A stretch of 64,000 nt of DNA from Piedraia hortae CBS 480.64. Its lineage: Eukaryota. The notes under the pieces were generated by a model. It saw only the letters and a program-made list of their open reading frames with translations. It was not told the DNA's origin and did no database searches. The first letter of the stretch is position 1; the number at the start of each line of letters is the position of its first letter. This document shows, piece by piece, positions 59,768 through 64,000 of this stretch. Location of the stretch: NCBI GenBank assembly GCA_010093745.1, contig MU006022.1, forward strand, positions 1-64,000, written 5' to 3'. Both the position numbers and the translations under genes were made by a program.

Positions 59768-60577
59768 TCATTTCTTATCCATCTCCTTTCGCATTTTGAT
59801 CCTTTGCGATCTGCTCCCGCCCAGCTTTGGGTGAACCTCCCTATCCCCGACCGCTTTTTGGCCTTTATCAGGTTCGGCTTTACGACGGTGTTTTTCGCTC
59901 GAGCGGAGAAATTCGCGCTTGAACGCCCTTGCCGCTGCCGCATCGTTATCATTTTCCCCTTCCTCCTCACCTTCTACCCTTTGACCCTCATCATCACTAG
60001 ACGTGGCTTTCTGGCGGGTATAGACTGGTAGATTGATTGATTCGCGAAAAATCTCATCGATCAGTTCCGAAGTCTTGACTCCACCATCTGAAACCTCGTC
60101 AATGAGGGAATTAATCTTCCGGTGTCGCCTTCTGGTAGTGATACCTTTGGTGCTTCGGGGTATAGGTGTGATTTTCACCCTCTCCGTCTTCTCATCCACT
60201 TCGACAATGTTTTTGTCGGGCTGTTCGATATGGAAGGTTTTCGAGACCGTCTCACTCGAATCCAAAGGAGCGGGTTTGTCTAGCATTTGTTCAGGTGCGG
60301 ATATACCTGCGGATCTGGCGAACCGCAACTCCAGGCCCGTGGGAGATGATTTCTTATTAGACGCCGCTGGAATCATGTCATCGCTTCTGTCCAATTCTCT
60401 TGTTATGGAAGATGAGAAATGTATTCCCGTTTTCATGCCCGCTCTGCGTTTCTTCTTCATCGACTTGACATCAAATTCCGCTTCTTCTTCCGAGGGCGAG
60501 GCAAGTAAGCGACCAACTCGAGCAGCAGTTTTGCGTTTCTTTTGAGGGAGAAAAGAAATATACTCTTGGTCAGACAT
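59768..60577 (-). CDS. Probable splicing-associated protein (HCA59/Tls1/C9orf78-like)
   Basis: Charged protein with RFARSAG, ELIDEIFRES, AFKREFL and C-terminal PKLGGSRS. The family call is from recollection of fungal homologues. Confidence 0.5.
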   Translation of the reverse strand: MSDQEYISFLPQKKRKTAARVGRLLASPSEEEAEFDVKSMKKKRRAGMKTGIHFSSSITRELDRSDDMIPAASNKKSSPTGLELRFARSAGISAPEQMLDKPAPLDSSETVSKTFHIEQPDKNIVEVDEKTERVKITPIPRSTKGITTRRRHRKINSLIDEVSDGGVKTSELIDEIFRESINLPVYTRQKATSSDDEGQRVEGEEEGENDNDAAAARAFKREFLRSSEKHRRKAEPDKGQKAVGDREVHPKLGGSRSQRIKMRKEMDKK

Positions 60578-60854
60578 GCCTCGATACTGGTAGATCGGAC
60601 TATATATGGAGAGATACAACATGGTGTTTTTGGTGTGACGTCATCATCTATACATCACATTGACTGCGGCATTGTTCCGCTGGAGTTGAAAATTTCGAAT
60701 CCACGTGAGGGGAAGGATATATAAGTACAAGACCTACAACGCCGTCATCCCTCCACGCAAATACCCTACGCCAGCTTTTGTTTTGCCCTCAATCTCAAGA
60801 AACAAATTATGTTCATTCCCATCTTGACTTTCGTGTCTCGTTTTGGTTATGTTC

Positions 60855-62381
60855 CTACCGGAAGGAAGACGTCTTCGCCGAGATACCAACACCTGTGTTC
60901 AGGTGGGAGCGTCTCGGAAGCGGACGTGAGCGTTGCAGGAGCGGACCCTCCTCGTTGATCCTGAATCTGGGAGGTCTTGTGCTTTCAGCAGCAGACGATG
61001 ATGAGTGTGGTGGGTCATCCTGCTTGGAGTCCTTGCGGTCGCGCTGAGATAATTCAGCAAGCTCTCTTTCTGATTCTTCTAGAATTTCTCCCGAAGATTT
61101 GACAGTATTGGTCGTCTTTGTAGCTTCGAGTAGCAGATGTTGGGCCCAGTAAGGATCTTCTTCTGTTCCCAAGAATTCGAACTCGGGCAGAAGCTCCGGC
61201 GGCCCGCCATCTACCGAGGACAAATCTGCAGAATTTGCTCGTGAAATACTGCGCGAGGAGCTTGTGCGTGTTTTCGACGTCGCTCGCGACTTTTGGCTGG
61301 CTTCTGCCCCGGGTGTGGTGGGAATGCTGGATGGATTGAGTCCGTATTCATTGCCCGTCACCCTTGTATCAACCGGCCTGGGTTGAAATCTAGTTGTACT
61401 TGCCGAATCTGCCCCGAGTGCCGCGAGTGCCTGAGCTGGGTGTCTACCAGTTCTGCTGGAAGGCTTGGGCGGCTGTTGGGATTTGGCCTTTTCAGACTCT
61501 TCTTTGGCTTTGTCACGGCCCTTGAATAGATGACGTTTTAACGTGTTGACTCCACGCTTGAGCCCGAATCTGTCACGCTTGGGCATAGATGCTTCCGCCT
61601 GACTGGTCGGTGCCATGCAAAGCTCTTGCGTCCTCAATGCCGGATGGTCCGATCTCAACTGAGCATCTCTATTCGCAGCAGCCTCATTGACCATTTGTTT
61701 GGCTGGCGAATCCTTGGGGTGGCGTAAGTCAACGCTGGCCGAACGAAAGAGAGCTGTCCCGTTTGCATTGGCCTTCGGCTCCCCATTGCGAGCTGGCACC
61801 ACCTTGGTGCTCTGTGAGCGGCTTGGAGACGGCTCACTCAGTAGAGGCGTCCTAATAAGCGCGTTAGGATCAAGCGGTCTTCCAGGAGTTGTTGACGACT
61901 CGTTGCTCAAAGATCGACGTTGGGGGGCAGTTTCATGGCCGTTTTCCTGGCTGCTGATGGCAAACGTCATTGACTTTCTGGCCTGCAGGACGCCAGCCAC
62001 TGGTGATGCTGGAAACCAGTTGGTTTCGCCCCCAAACCCTTCGTTTGTCGATAACGAAGGGCCGGCTTCTGCCAGAAACGGACCAACATTCGTTGGCGAT
62101 GGGCTCAGGTCGTTTTCATTGTCCTTGAGCCACCGCCCCTCCTCGGGCCCGCGCTGAGCCACGTCCATACAGTGAGTTACTTCTTCAGCTGCCTCTTCAG
62201 CCTCTTGGCTGTACGAGGACGAGCTCTCAGAAGTACGGGTGGCCTTATCTTGGTTTTCTCCAACAGAAGCAATGTCTTCGGTAGGAACAATGCCTTCAAC
62301 AGGAGCAATACCTTCCGCCGACCAGGAGCCGGGAACTTGCAGCAGCAGCGGCTCTTCAGCGTTCCCTTCTATCACGGGCAT
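60855..62381 (-). CDS. Hypothetical low-complexity, probably disordered protein
   Basis: 508-aa Ser/Pro/Glu-rich ORF. No domain recognised and the start is uncertain. Confidence 0.6.
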   Translation of the reverse strand: MPVIEGNAEEPLLLQVPGSWSAEGIAPVEGIVPTEDIASVGENQDKATRTSESSSSYSQEAEEAAEEVTHCMDVAQRGPEEGRWLKDNENDLSPSPTNVGPFLAEAGPSLSTNEGFGGETNWFPASPVAGVLQARKSMTFAISSQENGHETAPQRRSLSNESSTTPGRPLDPNALIRTPLLSEPSPSRSQSTKVVPARNGEPKANANGTALFRSASVDLRHPKDSPAKQMVNEAAANRDAQLRSDHPALRTQELCMAPTSQAEASMPKRDRFGLKRGVNTLKRHLFKGRDKAKEESEKAKSQQPPKPSSRTGRHPAQALAALGADSASTTRFQPRPVDTRVTGNEYGLNPSSIPTTPGAEASQKSRATSKTRTSSSRSISRANSADLSSVDGGPPELLPEFEFLGTEEDPYWAQHLLLEATKTTNTVKSSGEILEESERELAELSQRDRKDSKQDDPPHSSSSAAESTRPPRFRINEEGPLLQRSRPLPRRSHLNTGVGISAKTSSFR

Positions 62382-62735
62382 GTTTCCCCTGCCATGAGCG
62401 TTAGATCCTCGGTTGCTTCACGTGTTCTGCTTACTCGCAAGTCCTCGGCATATCAGCGTCCACCACGATGTGTATTCAAGTGGTGTCTTTGATGGAGAGG
62501 AAAAAGCGACCGAGATTTTTTTTTCCAGGTGATGTGCAGAAGAAAAGGAGAAGGGCCTAGAAGGAATCCAAGAGAATGGCGAGTGGATCCCTAAATGATT
62601 CAAGCACCCAACAGCCCTGACGCAGTCTGCTGAGACCGTTCTCCTATTTTAGCCCGCGAGAGTGGAACATTTAGGTTACAGTCGTGTCAAACATGCCTAC
62701 TTAGCCTCTGATACCGGTCACCTGGACTCTCTGTC

Positions 62736-64000
62736 CTATTGGTGCCTCAGCCTCTTCAATCCAGCCTCACACGACTGGTCCGCCCACCCAAGGTGGAGAT
62801 CGTCCATGACAAACGCCTGTTCCATATCGCCCACATAGGCCTTGACCTGCAATGCACTGAGGCCGCGGAAAATGGGAGGGAACTCAATCAGACGTAGCTC
62901 GCAGCCACGTGCTTGCTCACAAGCCGGTACAGTCTGATTTTTTGCAAAGGCAAGCAACTCCTCGCCGAGGTTACGGTCGAAGACGTATCCTTGGATCGCA
63001 AAAGTGCACGGCCCAATACCAAAAGTTACGCAACCAAACCAGCCATCGAACGCATCGAACCAGAATGCCGATAAAGCTCGGTACGGGCCGGTAGAAATCC
63101 TCCCCAACGGAACCGTCATCGTACGTTTGATCGAACCTGACAGCAATACACCAACATTGGGCGAAGATCGAGGAGTAAACGGTTCGCGAGCTTCCGAAGC
63201 ATAAACCCAGCCATCGCTGAAGGTTAAATGCTTATAGGGTCTCATAACGGGCGGGAATTGGTGAATATCAAAAGGATCTCCGTGCGTAGGAGTGAAATTC
63301 GGGAGCCCATCGAAATCGATGGTAAAGTTTCCATTTTGCCCACATCCACCCGCAGGAATGAGTCCAGCCCCTAATCCACCATTCAGAGGCAAGCCTGCAG
63401 GACAGTTGGCAAGGGACTCGCCCCCGTTGGGCGCGCTTGAATTACCTGAGCATTCGGATCTCTTGAGCATAGTGGGCTCAATGGCGCTCGAAGATGAAGG
63501 CTCCGCGGCGGCAGGAGCGGAACTAGTAGCATTGAATGATTCGGTTCTTTGGAAAGGGGTATGGAAAGGCCATTTGCCTCCATCCGATGACGAAATGCTG
63601 GCGCTAGACATCACTTCAGGCTGGCTGCCAAGGACCGGTGTTATTGTGGTGGTCATGTAAACCGTAGTAGTTGAGACGTTGGTAGGTGTGGGTTCGAACG
63701 TCGTTGTAGAGCTAATGCTCGATTGCATACTGGAAGTCACCATGGTTGTCGTGGTGCTCGTAGTGTGAATAGTTGAGGTTGAAGTCACAGTTGAAGTTTC
63801 CCTGGTAGAGCCATCAGTGCCCAAGTGATCCTTTCCAGCGGGAGAGTATCCCGCCGGATCAACAGTGGCATAGACAGTGTGGGAAACTGTGGCCGTTGAA
63901 GTGTGTGTTTCCTTCATCGAGCATGATGAAGGCGTGTACCAGGCAGTGTAGTGCGTGAGATCATTAGAACCACAGCTGACAACGCTGTTGAGGTACACAG
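62736..64000 (-). CDS. Ser/Thr-rich, probably extracellular protein with a C-terminal DUF7371-like domain (5' end outside the window)
   Basis: Thr/Ser tract followed by FTIDFDGLP, PPVMRPYKHLTFSDGWVY, FWFDA, GCxxxxxxPC and MDDLHLGW. Confidence 0.7.
   Translation of the reverse strand, partial: VYLNSVVSCGSNDLTHYTAWYTPSSCSMKETHTSTATVSHTVYATVDPAGYSPAGKDHLGTDGSTRETSTVTSTSTIHTTSTTTTMVTSSMQSSISSTTTFEPTPTNVSTTTVYMTTTITPVLGSQPEVMSSASISSSDGGKWPFHTPFQRTESFNATSSAPAAAEPSSSSAIEPTMLKRSECSGNSSAPNGGESLANCPAGLPLNGGLGAGLIPAGGCGQNGNFTIDFDGLPNFTPTHGDPFDIHQFPPVMRPYKHLTFSDGWVYASEAREPFTPRSSPNVGVLLSGSIKRTMTVPLGRISTGPYRALSAFWFDAFDGWFGCVTFGIGPCTFAIQGYVFDRNLGEELLAFAKNQTVPACEQARGCELRLIEFPPIFRGLSALQVKAYVGDMEQAFVMDDLHLGWADQSCEAGLKRLRHQ

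Overview
Gene-dense eukaryotic genomic DNA from a filamentous ascomycete (Pezizomycotina; the compact layout suggests a streamlined genome, but I cannot name the species). It holds about 40 mostly housekeeping genes with short spliceosomal introns (mostly 42-61 nt) and very short intergenic spacers. These include ALG9, DERA, zeta-COP, a divergent H3/H4 pair, APN1, AIP1, a Pil1/Lsp1 eisosome protein, SSR4, Ras2, Mlo2/UBR7, MCM2, the UDP-galactofuranose pair glfB/glfA, a small cytochrome b5, ALG1, an Msc2-type zinc transporter, a PEX39-like protein, SCJ1, a GT8 enzyme, PI-PLC, DPH7, VID27, a C2H2 transcription factor, alpha-COP, CNS1 and others. I found no supportable transposon, tRNA, rRNA or CRISPR. 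The most unusual signals are: (1) a 192-nt, stop-free, in-frame intron predicted to fold into nested stems, placed just before the heme-ligating HPGG motif of a PTS1-bearing micro-cytochrome b5 gene that also has a GC-AG intron; (2) an alpha-COP that stops at 864 aa and lacks its C-terminal domain; (3) a histone H3 with A29M next to K27/S28; (4) a small secreted, Kex2-site, 7-aa-repeat peptide precursor; (5) a His/Gly-rich microprotein; (6) an intronless oxidoreductase resembling bacterial YgjR/IolU. All family calls come from motif recognition by eye, and exon boundaries were inferred manually.
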